Source: Vicugna vicugna
Lineage: Eukaryota
Assembly (NCBI GenBank): GCA_013265495.1
Contig: MU059829.1
Coordinates: forward strand, 3,844,001-3,908,000
Reading direction: 5' to 3'
Length of the DNA: 64,000 bases
Made by a program: the position numbers and the translations under genes. Positions 12,379 through 24,088 of the stretch are shown here, one piece after another (position 1 is the stretch's first letter; every line of letters starts with the position of its first letter). The notes under the pieces were generated by a model. The model was not told the DNA's origin, searched no databases, and saw nothing but the letters and a program-made list of their open reading frames with translations.

Positions 12379-15300
12379 GAGGTCCTGTGTCTGCTCTATA
12401 CAAACATTGCTTTTGCAACTGTCTTTTGTAAGGAATCAATTCCTTTGTCTCCCCGTTTTCAGTCTATCATGGACTGATCTTTTCAGAGTAAAGATGAATC
12501 GTTAGGAAAAAAAAATTTTAAATGGCATGCAAAATGCAAAGCCATTTCCTCAGTACTAAGTGAGGCGGGTACACACTCACTCTGTTGAACTGCTGTATGA
12601 ATTTCGACACGACACACTGCCTCGGTCCTCGCCCTGGCAGGGGGCAGGAGAGGGTCACACGCCAGTTCCAGGATGCCTGGGCGGGCACGTGGCTCATCCG
12701 TGGGAATCTGACCCTTTGTCACACCCTTGCAAAGACCACAGCATGCAGGGTGCTATTGCCCTGTCTTTCCCAGTTGGAAATTGTGGAATTAAGCCATGCA
12801 TCTGTGACAAATTAGTTGGAGGAGTCGGGTGGTGGGGGTAAAATGTTTGAAAATGGGCTCTGAACAATTTCCAATAAATACATGTGGAAATTTAACCTGC
12901 CAGGCAAGCCCCTCTCTCCTGCTGCTCTCCAGGATTCAACTGGGTACCAGGGAAACTTGGAAAATGCCAGCATCAAACTCATGGGGCCTCTCTGTTTGAA
13001 ACTGCGGCCTTCCAGGAGGTAGGGAGGCCCTAGATGCGTTTACAAAAGTGCTGGACACTGACTAGGGGCTGCTGTTCCCCTCACACTCCCAGCTTCTGCC
13101 CTCACCCTTCAGGGAAGCAGGCCGGCGGCTCTGCGGGGAGGAAGGCAGGCAGTTGCGGGCGGGCACCTGGGACTGTGCCCCGCCAGCCACTTCCCCTTTG
13201 CCGCCCCACCTCCACCAGCGGTTTTGTTCTGCACTGCAGCCGGAGGTCCAGGCAGCAGAGAGGAGGGAGGGAAGGCTGGGGTGGGGCTGACCGCAAAACC
13301 TTCCCAGCTGCCATTTCTTCTGGGCAATCTGGGACCTCAGACCCCAGCCAGCCCCTCCTGAGAGGCCCCATCTGGTGCTGTCTCCCCCACCTCCTGAGGC
13401 AGTTCCTACTGACTGTTTAGCAGAATAGAAGTAATCAGTGCACAGTGGGAGGGATGGTGAACACAGAAGGAAGGAGAGGACTTGGGTTCCGAAGCCAGTG
13501 CTCTCCCCTCTGGTTTGTGTTTCTGTTAAACTAAAGGGAATGTAATTTGAGAACGCAGACACAGACGTCACGCTCCAGGAGGGCGGCTTCCCGTAGCTTT
13601 CTGATCACCGATTCAGACGGTGAGGAGGGGGGAAATGCAACCGCACACAAGCCCGGGGTGGGGGGTGGCATATTCTTTCTGCAAGTCCACAGCCCCTGCT
13701 GTCAGCCATGGATCTATCGATCCATGAACTCTAGGTGCAGAGTCCCCGTCCAAACACATTCTGTGCTTCGAGGCGCTCAGCAGCGGAGGGAATCGTGAGT
13801 CGGAATACGTGGAATGCCAAGCCCACGTTTGCTGCTCGTGGAAATCTGGGTGCGCAGACGTCGAACTTGCTTAAAACGCGGTGTCTGACGGGACGATGTC
13901 TCCTGCCAGCACGAGTTCTCTTTCTCTCTTGGCTGAATATGAATCCAAAGCCTCTTCATGCTGTAAATTTACCATTATATTAGATCTTGCTCAAAGATCA
14001 GTGTAAGTAAGGCTGTTTGAACATGGGCAGTTTGCCTGTTCATCTGTAGGAAAAGCTCCATTTCATGACCAGAACAAGATTATTTTTATACTCAAATTAG
14101 AACAGTGGTGTTACAAGGAGACAGACTAGCGAGAAGTCGAGGACATCTGGGAACAAAACGGGAATCCCATATGTTCACCCCGGAAAAGAAATCACAAAAT
14201 TGAATGAGGATGAACCCTCCTTGACTGACCTCGTGGATGGTCGGGGTGTGCTGTGCCCTGTGGGGTGTCTGGCAGCCTCCCTGACCCCTACTCTCTGGAC
14301 ACCAGTGGCATGCATGCCCCCCTCAGGCAGTGACCCCCAAATGTCTCCAGACATGACCCCACGACCCTGGGGCGGAGGGCAAACTCGCCCCGGATTGAGA
14401 GCCACGGGCCTAGAGACAGAACAGGAATCCCATGTGTTAGCACCAAAACAGGAGAAAAACCCGTTAGTTTTGACAAGCAGAAGAAAATAAAGGTAACTCC
14501 CCATCACCCGTGTTGTCCCTCTGCCTCACCTGAGCAGGTGTGCTGCGTCTCGCACTCCCGCAGGTGCTGGTCCTTGACGACTCACCTGTGGACGCTGGCG
14601 AAGGCGGCTTTTCTGGATGCTCCTCATATTCTGGCACCACCCCTTCCCGGGGCTCCTCCGGCTCGGCGCTCAGTCACTGTGTCCAGGGAGACCCACTGCA
14701 GCAGGGCAGGCGGGGACCCCGGGCAGGGGAAAAGGCAGAGGCCCACGCCCCCCTCGTCTGTGCCGTCCCCGCAGTCCTACACGCTCGGCCGCACGTGCGC
14801 CAGACAAGCTGGTCTGTCCGAATCCCCTACTTACAAGGCCCTCCAGACCTCAAACGGAGGTCACCTGGGATGAAATTCCCAGCCAGCAAGCCACGCAAAA
14901 GGGTGCTGAACTGTTGCTGGGAGGTGCAGCCAACGCGGAGGGGAAGCTCAGTCCCTGACTTCTGCGGGTGGCTCCTGTGGGGTCTGTGCTCCCAGCCTTT
15001 TGTTTTCTTGCTCCGCGCCCTGGCCCCCTGGCCGGGCTCCAGGCAGTGCGGTTATACAAGCCTCCCTGCAAAGGCGCTAACCCCTCCCTCCCTCCTCCTC
15101 TGTGAGTCCAACCCTGTCATCGGAGCTCTGGTGACCTCCGAGAGGGCATGTGGGCCGCTCCAGCCCTCTGCAGGCATCGCCTGGCGTCTGTGCACCTAAC
15201 AACCAGCTTCCCCCTCCCACCCGGCTCCCGGCCTGGTGCTGGGTCTGTGGGAGCCCACTGGGCAGGCCGGGGTGCCCAGAGGACTGCGAGCCCCCTGCCC

Positions 15301-15711
15301 CTCCCACATTCAGGGTCACCCTGGAAGCTCCAGGGTCACAGCCCTCCACTGACAGGTGGCCCTGACTGCCCCTCCATCTTGGAACCCAGACTGCACGTTC
15401 TTATCAGAACCGGGCAGAAGTGTCCCCAGACGCGGCCTGGAAGGCGAAGGAGGTACCAGGGATCCGCCCGGAAGGACCAGGATGTGATTCCCCCAGACAC
15501 GTGAACAGTCCGTGCCTTCATCCCCACAAGAGCTGTCTGGCAGCAGAGAACTCACTGACCTGCCTTGCAAGGGTTAATGCTTTTGGGCTCGGAGATGCAG
15601 GGAGCAAACCCAGGCAGAGCCAGGCCCCTGCCAGCTGTCCGCTCCCTCCTTCCAGCCAAACAAGCACGGCCACTCGGCCCGCACAGGCGCAGGCGCATCT
15701 GTGTGCACGCA

Positions 15712-15838
15712 TGTGCGTGCGTTTGTGTGTGGGAGAGCCGTGCCTGTGCGCAGGGGTGTGTGTGCGTGTGTGTGAGAGCCGTGCCCGTGCGCAGGGGCAT
15801 GTGTGCGTGTGTGTGAGAGCCGTGCCCGTGCGCAGGGG
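15712..15838 (+). repeat. 41-bp minisatellite, ~3 copies
   Basis: gagagccgtgcc(t/c)gtgcgcagggg restarts at 15,733, 15,774 and 15,815, separated by TG-rich spacers. Confidence 0.92.
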
Positions 15839-18796
15839 TGGCTGAGGGCGTGAGAGGCAAGTGGGCTCTGAGTGGCCAGCGCCCTGTGCCTGAGCTAGAG
15901 CTGACACACGGGCAAGGAGGCCGCCAGCAAAATAATATCGCACCTTCGTTCACTCATTTTCTTACACGGCCTCCAGATTTTTTTTTAAGGAAAATGAGAG
16001 ATGCGGCTGCAGCCTCCCACCTGGCTTCCCCGGGAACCGTGACCTGACATCCCACAGCTGCTCTAGGTCAGTGCCCACTCCCGCTACTGAGACCTTTATT
16101 CATTAAAAAAAAAACCCAGTTTTATGAAACACTTCCATGCATATTAATCTCAAAGCTGCCTCCAAAATGCACAGTCCCTGGGGCTGGATTATGTCCACTT
16201 CGAAGGCGAGAAAGCTGGTTATGAATTGTCCCTCTTTCCCAGGATCTGGGACATTTTATCAAATTCAATTTATGGAAATATTTGCAGAAAAGGACACTTC
16301 GGGGCGTGATTTACAAAACCAAATCAGATGACTCTATTTGCAGAGACCCCCCCCTCCACACCACATGGCTCGTCAGGGAGAGAAGCCCTCACCCGCGGTC
16401 ACCAAGGAAACGCAATGCTTTCGTCCCCAGCTCAGCGCCAGTGCTGCTCCCGTCCCCAGGAGCAGCCGGCCCAGGTCACGCAGCCAGACGCAGACTGTCT
16501 GGACGCGGAGAGGAAGCCTCCTCTCCAGGCACCCGGCTCCTGCTCTGACCGGTGCAGGCGTAAAAGCCAAGTGTCCAGAGCACAGCAACTGACCTCGCCG
16601 TGGCCCCTGCCTGTTCCCTATCCTGCTGGAACCGGGGCCTCACAGCAGGGCCGGGCCCAGAGTGACCGGGAAGGAGGAAATGGGTTTTCTGGGGAAATCC
16701 GAGTCCCAGAGACTCAAAGCACAGAATAGATTGTGCTCCCGGCCAGAGGCAGAAACAGGAAGTGGTGTGGGAGGGGTTCCAGATGGATCCAGTAAAAACA
16801 GGGTCCCTGCGGGGGCTCTGGACTGGCTGGATGTCAGCTCGAGAGGAAGCGAGGGGTCTGATGCAGTCCCCTGGGCACCACCAGCCAGGAGGGGCAGGAG
16901 GTGGGGTGACCCCAACCAGGAGAGGGGGCAGAGGGTGAGGGCATCCCGGACCTGAGGGGCGGGGTGGGGTGGGCGCGCAGCAGAGAAGAGCTCGGCGGAG
17001 GCTGGGTTTGGCCTCCAGGGCTCCACACCCTCTCACTGTCCCCCCCAGGGCTGGCCGCCTCCTCGTCCTCCAGGACCCTCTCACACATGAGCCCAGCAGG
17101 ATCTAAAGGACATTCTCTCACCTTCAGATGGCGGTCTGAACAGTTCCCGTCTCCCGAAGAGGGCCCGGCACATCCGGGGAGGCCGACACGGTGGACTCAC
17201 ACAGCATGGCACCGACATCCCTTAGACAAGCCCACCGGCCCTCACTCACCTGAGACGGCAGCTCTCCCACACCTGTGGCCGCACTCCTTCCCGGCAGAGA
17301 TGCGAGGCCAGCCCCGCAGGCTCACCACCCCTGGTCCCACTGGCTGAGGTTTACCCCGCATTTCAGGGTTCGCTGCTCAGGCCCCAGGGGTGACAGGTGA
17401 CAGGACCCCCCCCAACGGGGGACCCTGCTGCAGCTGCTTCCAGTTCCCCCCGATCCTGCAGTGCCCACCCCGGACCTCCCGCTCCCCAGCCTGAAGCTTG
17501 GACGGCGAGGCGGGGTGAGCTGGACCGGCCCTTACGGTGCCCGATGACAGCTAATGACTCAAATCATTTAAATGACACGGCATTTGATGAACAGATCTCC
17601 GTGAAAACGTTATTTGGGACTGCGTGGCGCTCATAAAACATCCTAGGGACGTGCCTGGGTTTTGCCTCCCGTGAGGCTCTGGAATTGTCCTTTACAGCCA
17701 ACACCACCGTGTCCGCGGGGATGGAGGAGACCGTGACTAACAGACAGGACACTCCGGGAACACGGGACACGGCCACCTCCCAGCCCCCCAGCCCGTTCGC
17801 CCCGTCTCGGGATCTGACCGTACATGGAAACTGCTGTCCTCGTGTACAAATGCTCTGACCTCCGGAATGACGATGAGTCTGCCGAGCCAGTCGGCCAGCG
17901 GTTTGCCTGGGAGGCGTGGGCCCCGGCACGCAGAGTCAGCGCCCTCGGAGGTGCACGCACGGCCACCCGCTCCGATCCGGACGCCCAGAGACGCGCTGCA
18001 GGACGCCAGGAGCACCGAGAAAGGACTCCCTGGAACTGCTGACAAGTTTCAGGCCCTGACGTCTCTGTGAGGACCTAGTCTCCCCAGATCTTCTTTACGC
18101 ACGTTGTCTCACTGGGGTTAAGAACCACCACGTTCCCCACGGGAGGGAACCCTTCAGGAGCCGGCCAGTGTGTTTATTTGGAAAAGAAGAATGTCACATC
18201 TTAACCAAAAGACAGGAGTAAAGCGATCTTGCAAGCTTCACCACGCCGCTGAAAAGCAAACCTGGCGAAGTGCAGATGGACCGCAAGTGACAGTGAGGCT
18301 TTTCTCGATAGGTCACCAATATTCCAGCGTCAACGGAAACATCACCTGGCACTTTTTTTACCTCATTTATGCTGCAGGCAGATCCGGCAGGTGTAACCTG
18401 AGTTTCTGAGACACTGATGAAGACCTTCGTGCATCGAGCTTTAAGTGAAAGCGCATCCACGCACTTCCGTCTTATTTGGCCCCTGGAAATACTGAGAAGC
18501 TGGGTTTTAACCACCGCAAACGGCGCCGAGCTTAGTCTTCCCCCACATTTCTCTCTGTGTTTTATATTAACTCATTCAACCCATGGTGTCACTCAAAACA
18601 AAAACTGGCAATTGCGTGCGTCTCTAGAGTTTCCCGGCACCTGCTTCAAGCTCAAAGCACTGCTAATGCGGAGCCTCGCCCGCCCACCTCCGGGCGCGGC
18701 AGGCGGGGCGGCCGCATCAGGCAGGGCTGTTCCACCATCTGCGGAACAGAACCGCCCCTTTGGCGTTTTACAGGAAGAAAGGGCAACTCGCGATAC

Positions 18797-20017
18797 TGTT
18801 TTTAAATAAAAAGACTTTATTTATGAAATAAGAGCAGCTGATAGTTTGAGAAGCTCGGGGAGGTATTACTTTCACATGGGGGTCCACACGCACCTTGGAA
18901 AATATTTGGCGAAGTCATAAAATTAGCATTTTTAGTCACCTGTAATGTGCTGACAACTTCATCTCGGGCGAAGGCCTGCATTAGTTTTTTTTTTTTAATC
19001 CATCCAGTAAGTAGAATTTACATCATGTATCCACGTGGCGCACGATGAGCCCCGAACCCCGCGCAGGACGACTGCAGGCCGGTGCAGCCGAGTGGCAGGT
19101 CCTGCCGACCGAGGGCTGCCTGTCGCCCATGTCCGCCGCCCGCAGGGGCGCCCACCCCGCCGGCCCCCTGCGTCCTTCAGGTGGCGTTCCTGGCCAACAG
19201 GTGCAAAGCCAGCAGGGAGGACGGGCCAGCACGCCGGCACGTCTCCCACCGCACTACAACACACGCACCTCTGACCCGGAGATGGACGCTGCTTACTTAG
19301 TATGAGAACAGGTGAATGTTTTGGCACCGGCACTCGGGTCTACAATCTCGATAGGAGCTGAGCATTTTGGTTCAAAGCAAACGTTATTTGTGAAACGTTA
19401 CAGAAAATATATCAACTAAACCTTTGTTAGTTTTTTTAACAGCAAAATGCAACATAAAAATACTACTTTGTTAAAGACATACAAGACACACATCATGCGT
19501 CTTTGGAAAACCCAGCTCACCTCGGAAAGCAAGGACGCCACCTGGACTGGTGGTGAGTGCTACCTGGCCTTCTTCACTGTTACGCATTCTACCCTGGAGT
19601 TAAGGTTCATCATATAAATAAAAGGAGTGAGCCAGAATCAAGCCACGTGACTAAGGATCGTTTCCACATCCCTCCACTGCCGAACGGGCTGGGCTTCCCC
19701 GTGAGGTCTGAGTTGGCAGATTCTCTAGGTGACAGACAGGACAGTGTGAGAACCGGTCTGGGGGGGCCGTGATGATTAAGGCACAGGGGTCGGGGCACCG
19801 TGTCCTCCCGGGACCACCTCCTGCCTGCCGTCCTCACGAGCTTCCACGCTCGGCCCTGCTGCTGGGGAGAGGGGAGGAGCTGGCAGGACGCGCCACCTCG
19901 ATGCTATTGCACACTTCTGTCCCAGGGACGCTGTCATGGGTACCCGACCAGGGCAGACACACGCGCTCGCCCTGGCCCTGGGGCTTGGCTGAGACCGTCC
20001 GGGGTGGCGATCTCGGC
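18797..20017 (-). other. ARHGEF10: ARHGEF10 3' UTR (~1.2 kb)
   Basis: Continues from the stop codon to AATAAA (18,821-18,816) with a CA dinucleotide ~19 nt downstream; the exact end is inferred. Confidence 0.7.
18816..18821 (-). terminator. Polyadenylation signal AATAAA of ARHGEF10
   Basis: Plus-strand tttatt at 18,816-18,821; U-rich context; plausible distance from the stop codon. Confidence 0.72.
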
Positions 20018-20529
20018 TCACACGTTCAGCAGAGGGATCTGCCAGACCATGACAGAGGAGACCAGCTCCTCCGGCCGCTGCTGCCTGGCCTTCCTGCTCA
20101 CCCGCCGGTGGCCCTGGCCCCCGCAGGCCACCAGCACGGAGCTGGCCTTGGCCTTCCTGGCCCTCCGCCCTCGGCCGGCGGAGATGCCAGGGTGCCGCAG
20201 GAGGTCCTGGAGGAAGCCCTCCTCTGATCGGGGCTCCAGGGAGCCGGAGCCCTGGGACGGCGTCAGGGACCCGGACGAGGAGGAGACGTCGCTGGGCTGG
20301 GTCGTGGAGCCCAGCGAAGCCCCCAGCCACACGGCGTCGGGGCTGCTCCGAGCGGGGCAGGGCCCGGGCCCCTCGCCAGGGAGCGCGTCCCTCTGGTCTT
20401 CGTCCTGGGGGTCCACGCTGGGGGGCGGGCTGTCCCTGGGCTTGTCCTTATCTGTCTTGAGGGCGGCTGTGGCCTCGACCAGGAACTTGACGGGCCCGTT
20501 GTGCGCGTGGTAGGAGACCATGCCTCTTC
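20018..20529 (-). CDS. ARHGEF10: ARHGEF10 last exon (29), coding part: (G)RGMVSYHAHNGPVKFLVEATAA...EELVSSVMVWQIPLLNV*
   Basis: Acceptor cccctttcag|GA; TGA at 20,020-20,018; recognisable ARHGEF10 C-terminus. Confidence 0.97.
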
Positions 20530-22802
20530 CTGAAAGGGGACATCGCTCAGCAAGAGCTGCGCGGACGGGCAGGACCACAGGGGCACCCGGGGACCCCGTC
20601 CCCAGGACAAAGCCCACGCACGACAGCTCACGGTGCAGACAGCTTCCAGTCACATTCTCGGGGACCTTTAGTGAATTCCGAGGACATTGTCTACATTCTC
20701 ACACTCGCATCACACCTCTAGAGTGAAAAACCGCTCTTCTGCTCTTGGCATACATGCCTTCCCACCTGCTCCCAGAGAACACAACTTAGCAAAACTTTTC
20801 CTGAATCTTGACTTAAAAACCTGAATGCCTGAGATACTCCAATTTTAAGAGCAAGATGCCCCAACCACCCGTAGCTGGCTGCCAGCTTTCACCTCTGCGG
20901 TTTGGAATAGTTAGTTCTCTGGAATTAACTAAAACGGGGACGTTTCAGTTGAAAGGTGATGTGAATCGAATTTTAAAGTCATCGGGCGCTCCTTACAGGT
21001 CTTCCTACGGAACGCAGACCCCCCGCAGGACACGCGACTCCGAGAGTCAGGTGGGAACGGCTGCCCATTTGTCGAGCACTTGGCGGGAGCTGAGTCGCAT
21101 CTGCATTTTCATTGCGGTATTTACACTTACAGGGAGGACGTGCCCCTTCCGCCAAATGCTTCAAGGCTAAGACAGGGCCTCGGGGCCTTCACCCCACTTT
21201 GGCTACAGGATCCTCCAGTGGGGTGACAGGCTCCCTCAGCGAGCAGAACGCGAGTTAAGAGCCCTGCCAGCGCAGGCACTGGGGGACCGTGGAGGGGTAA
21301 GGATGCCCGGACACCGGCGACGGAGGTGTGACCCGACACACAGCCGAACAGCACCCGAGCGCCTCCGGTGAATCTGAACACCCAGGGACGCCCCCCCGGG
21401 TGCACACCCCGGGGGCCCTGTGCCCCTGTGAGCGGGGGCGGCAGGTAAACGCCCAGGGAGGTGCTGCCCGCAACACATGGCGCCGGAAACAACTAGAATC
21501 CACGGTGTGTCCCTGGGTGACAGGCACGCTCCTGGCCGTGATGCAGTCAGAGGACCAGGAGGATCAGCTCGGAGACGATGTCCGGAGCAACTCAGGTGTC
21601 GCAAGACAAGAGAGTACACGTGAAAATGGCGCAACGAAAAATAACCTGGTTTTCTGAGGCACAAGGGGCGAAACTACAGAGAAACCCAGCAGGAGGACGG
21701 CGTGAGGCTCCGGAGGACAGTCCTGCCTGTGTGCCGGGGGGTCACCCCGGGCTGCCACGCCCGCCTCCTGTCCTGCGCCTTCTCACCCATTCACCTGCAC
21801 GAGCTCCTCGTCTGCGTCACAGACAGCGATGAAAGAGGGAACTTAGAAATGAATGTACAGAGTCGGAACTCCTCAATCCTAAAGGGGGGTCCTGATAAAA
21901 TACGGATTTATCTAACCACAGACCTGTCTGCAATAGATCCGCCAAGCCTGGGTGAGGGCAGGAGGGGTGCCTGCAGCCAGAGTGAAAGGTTCCAGGGTGG
22001 ACTTTGGGAAGAAACCACAGAAAGAGATCTTTTATTCGTTAACATTTCGGTGAGTTTCCTACAAATCTGTTTCTCTGAGTTATCCCACAATCAACACAAA
22101 ATTTGAGATCTTGGTTTTACTTACAGAATTAGTGCTTTTCTGTGTCACTCAAAGCTCTCTGCAAACATTTTCACAGGCTGCATTGCACCCTAAAATGGCA
22201 ACGTGACCACCTTCCTAGACATCCCCCTGCCCTTCATTTGGGACCTCTGGGTTGTTCCCTGTTTTTCCTGCATCATGGATTTGGCTGCTTCTGGAGACAG
22301 ACCCCTGACTTGGAAACCCTGACTCCTGACACACGCACACTCCCAGGCTCGAGGGCCATAATGCCAAGACCGCTTTCCGAAAAGGCTGTGCCGGTTTGAT
22401 CTGCCCACAGCGTCACAGAAGCGCACAGCTGAGTATTCTCCCATGCTGGGCTGCCTTCTTTGCAAAATATAAGACATCCATTTTCACTGAGCGGAACTGT
22501 ATATGCTGATACAAACCAACCAGAGGCATAAAGGTAACATGAAAATGTGTTCTGGGGTAAGATTCTCCCTGGAGCAACGATGTTAGCGACAGGAAAACAG
22601 AAGTATGAACTGATGATTCAAAGTAACAGACAGAGCCTTTATAGTAAAATTTAAAAAAAAAAGAGAGAGAAGCCAAGTAATTTACATCATTTAAGCAACT
22701 CCCAGGATGATGCAGCTGAACACAGACCCGCCAGCTTTACGAGTTGACAGGACAGGACAGGGGCCCGGGAGACACAGGCGCACAGTGCGGGGTGGTACTC
22801 AC

Positions 22803-22925
22803 CGGTCACCTTGGGGATGCCCTGCAGACGAGGGACAGGCAAGGCCACCACGACGCCCAGGCTGGTGCCCACCATCAGCAAGCCGTGGCAGACGAGGAGG
22901 CTGGTCACAGACAGCCGCTGGGGCC
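22803..22925 (-). CDS. ARHGEF10: ARHGEF10 exon 28 (123 nt): (G)[40 protein letters not shown]
   Basis: Acceptor ccccatgcag|GG, donor CCG|gtgagt; phase 1-1. Confidence 0.97.
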
Positions 22926-24032
22926 CTGCATGGGGAGACAGGAGGGGCTTCTGCCTGCAGCCCGGCCTCTGCAGCGGCACACACTGGGGACAGGGGCTCC
23001 AAGGACGGCCCAAAACACTGCAGACCTACCAGAGCGCTCCCCGCGCCGACGCCGAGCCCTCCCAGGAGCCCCGGAGTGACACTGTGTTTGCTTCAGCTGG
23101 ACGAGGGAGCAATCTCCAGGTGCCCTCCTGGCTGCCCCCAGCAGGACACACGGCCACCTGAGGGACACGTGCATCCCCCCTGCTTCCAGAGCCCATCAAA
23201 CCCCACAACTGTCCACAAACGCCACCCACTTCCAGTGAGAGCAGTGCCAGGGCCCTGGAGCCACGCGCACGCGGACATGCAGGCACATAAGACCACAGCC
23301 CCCTGCGAGGAGGAGCCCACCTGGACAGGTAAGTCCAGACCCCACGGGCGGGACGGGCTCCTAGTGCCGCCGAGCTCCGCAACACAGAGAAGAGACACGA
23401 GCACTTCCCAAGTGTTCTTTCAGAAGGGAGACTGTGTCGCGGGCTCTGGGGAAGTCTGGGAAGTGCAATGTCAAACACGGGTCCGGGCCTGCAGAGCTTT
23501 TGGCTGGTTGCCGCAGTTTGTTCTGTTTTCCAGCCCGGAGGCCCAAGGAGGCTGAGCAGTCTGGCAAGGTGGGAAGTGGGGGCGAAGAATGGGGCAGAGC
23601 TGCACCCCACGCACGGGACCGTCTCCCACTGCTCTCATCTCGGAGTGAGTCTGGAACCCTTGCCGCTCTGACTCTGCCCGCAGCACCTCGGCTCTCAGAG
23701 TGGCTTTAAACCCCTCCTGGCGTCTGTCCGCTCAGCTCCAGCGCTCAAGGGCAGAGACAGGCAATCCAGTCTGCTCCTGAGAACAGGGGCACAGAAACAA
23801 CCTGACTCCCATTCCCTGCAAATTCATCGCTTCCAACATCTCTGCACCTGACCTGGAGCTTGCCTTAGATAAGAAGCACGAAGACACGCGGTCTGGACGC
23901 CAGAGCCAAAGGCAGGTGGGCGTGTCTACAGAAGTCACTTTAAACAACCCAACCCAAAATAAAACAAGCACCACAAAAACCAAAGATCTGGTTTTATCTC
24001 TGAATGGAGACTTCATATTGTTTCTAAAAAGC

Positions 24033-24088
24033 TAATGTATTAAGTTCCCAGGAATTAATGTATTAATTCCCTGGAATTAAGTTCCCAC
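24033..24088 (+). repeat. ~22-23-bp AT-rich tandem duplication, ~2.5 copies
   Basis: taatgtattaagttcccaggaat / taatgtattaattccctggaat / taagttcccacag. Confidence 0.85.

Noticed and set aside
13993-14009. aaagatcagtgtaagta resembles the U2 snRNA branch-pairing region
   Set aside because: Short, gapped match with no flanking U2 sequence.
14540-15199. 219-aa plus-strand ORF
   Set aside because: Starts at GTG, has no recognisable domain or codon pattern; consistent with GC-rich noise.
19769-20631. Several ORFs overlapping the ARHGEF10 last exon in other frames or strands
   Set aside because: Shadow ORFs of a GC-rich coding exon and UTR.
19015-22690. 12-mer aatttacatcat shared between the 3' UTR and intron 28
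   Set aside because: A single AT-rich 12-bp match with no extension; compatible with chance.
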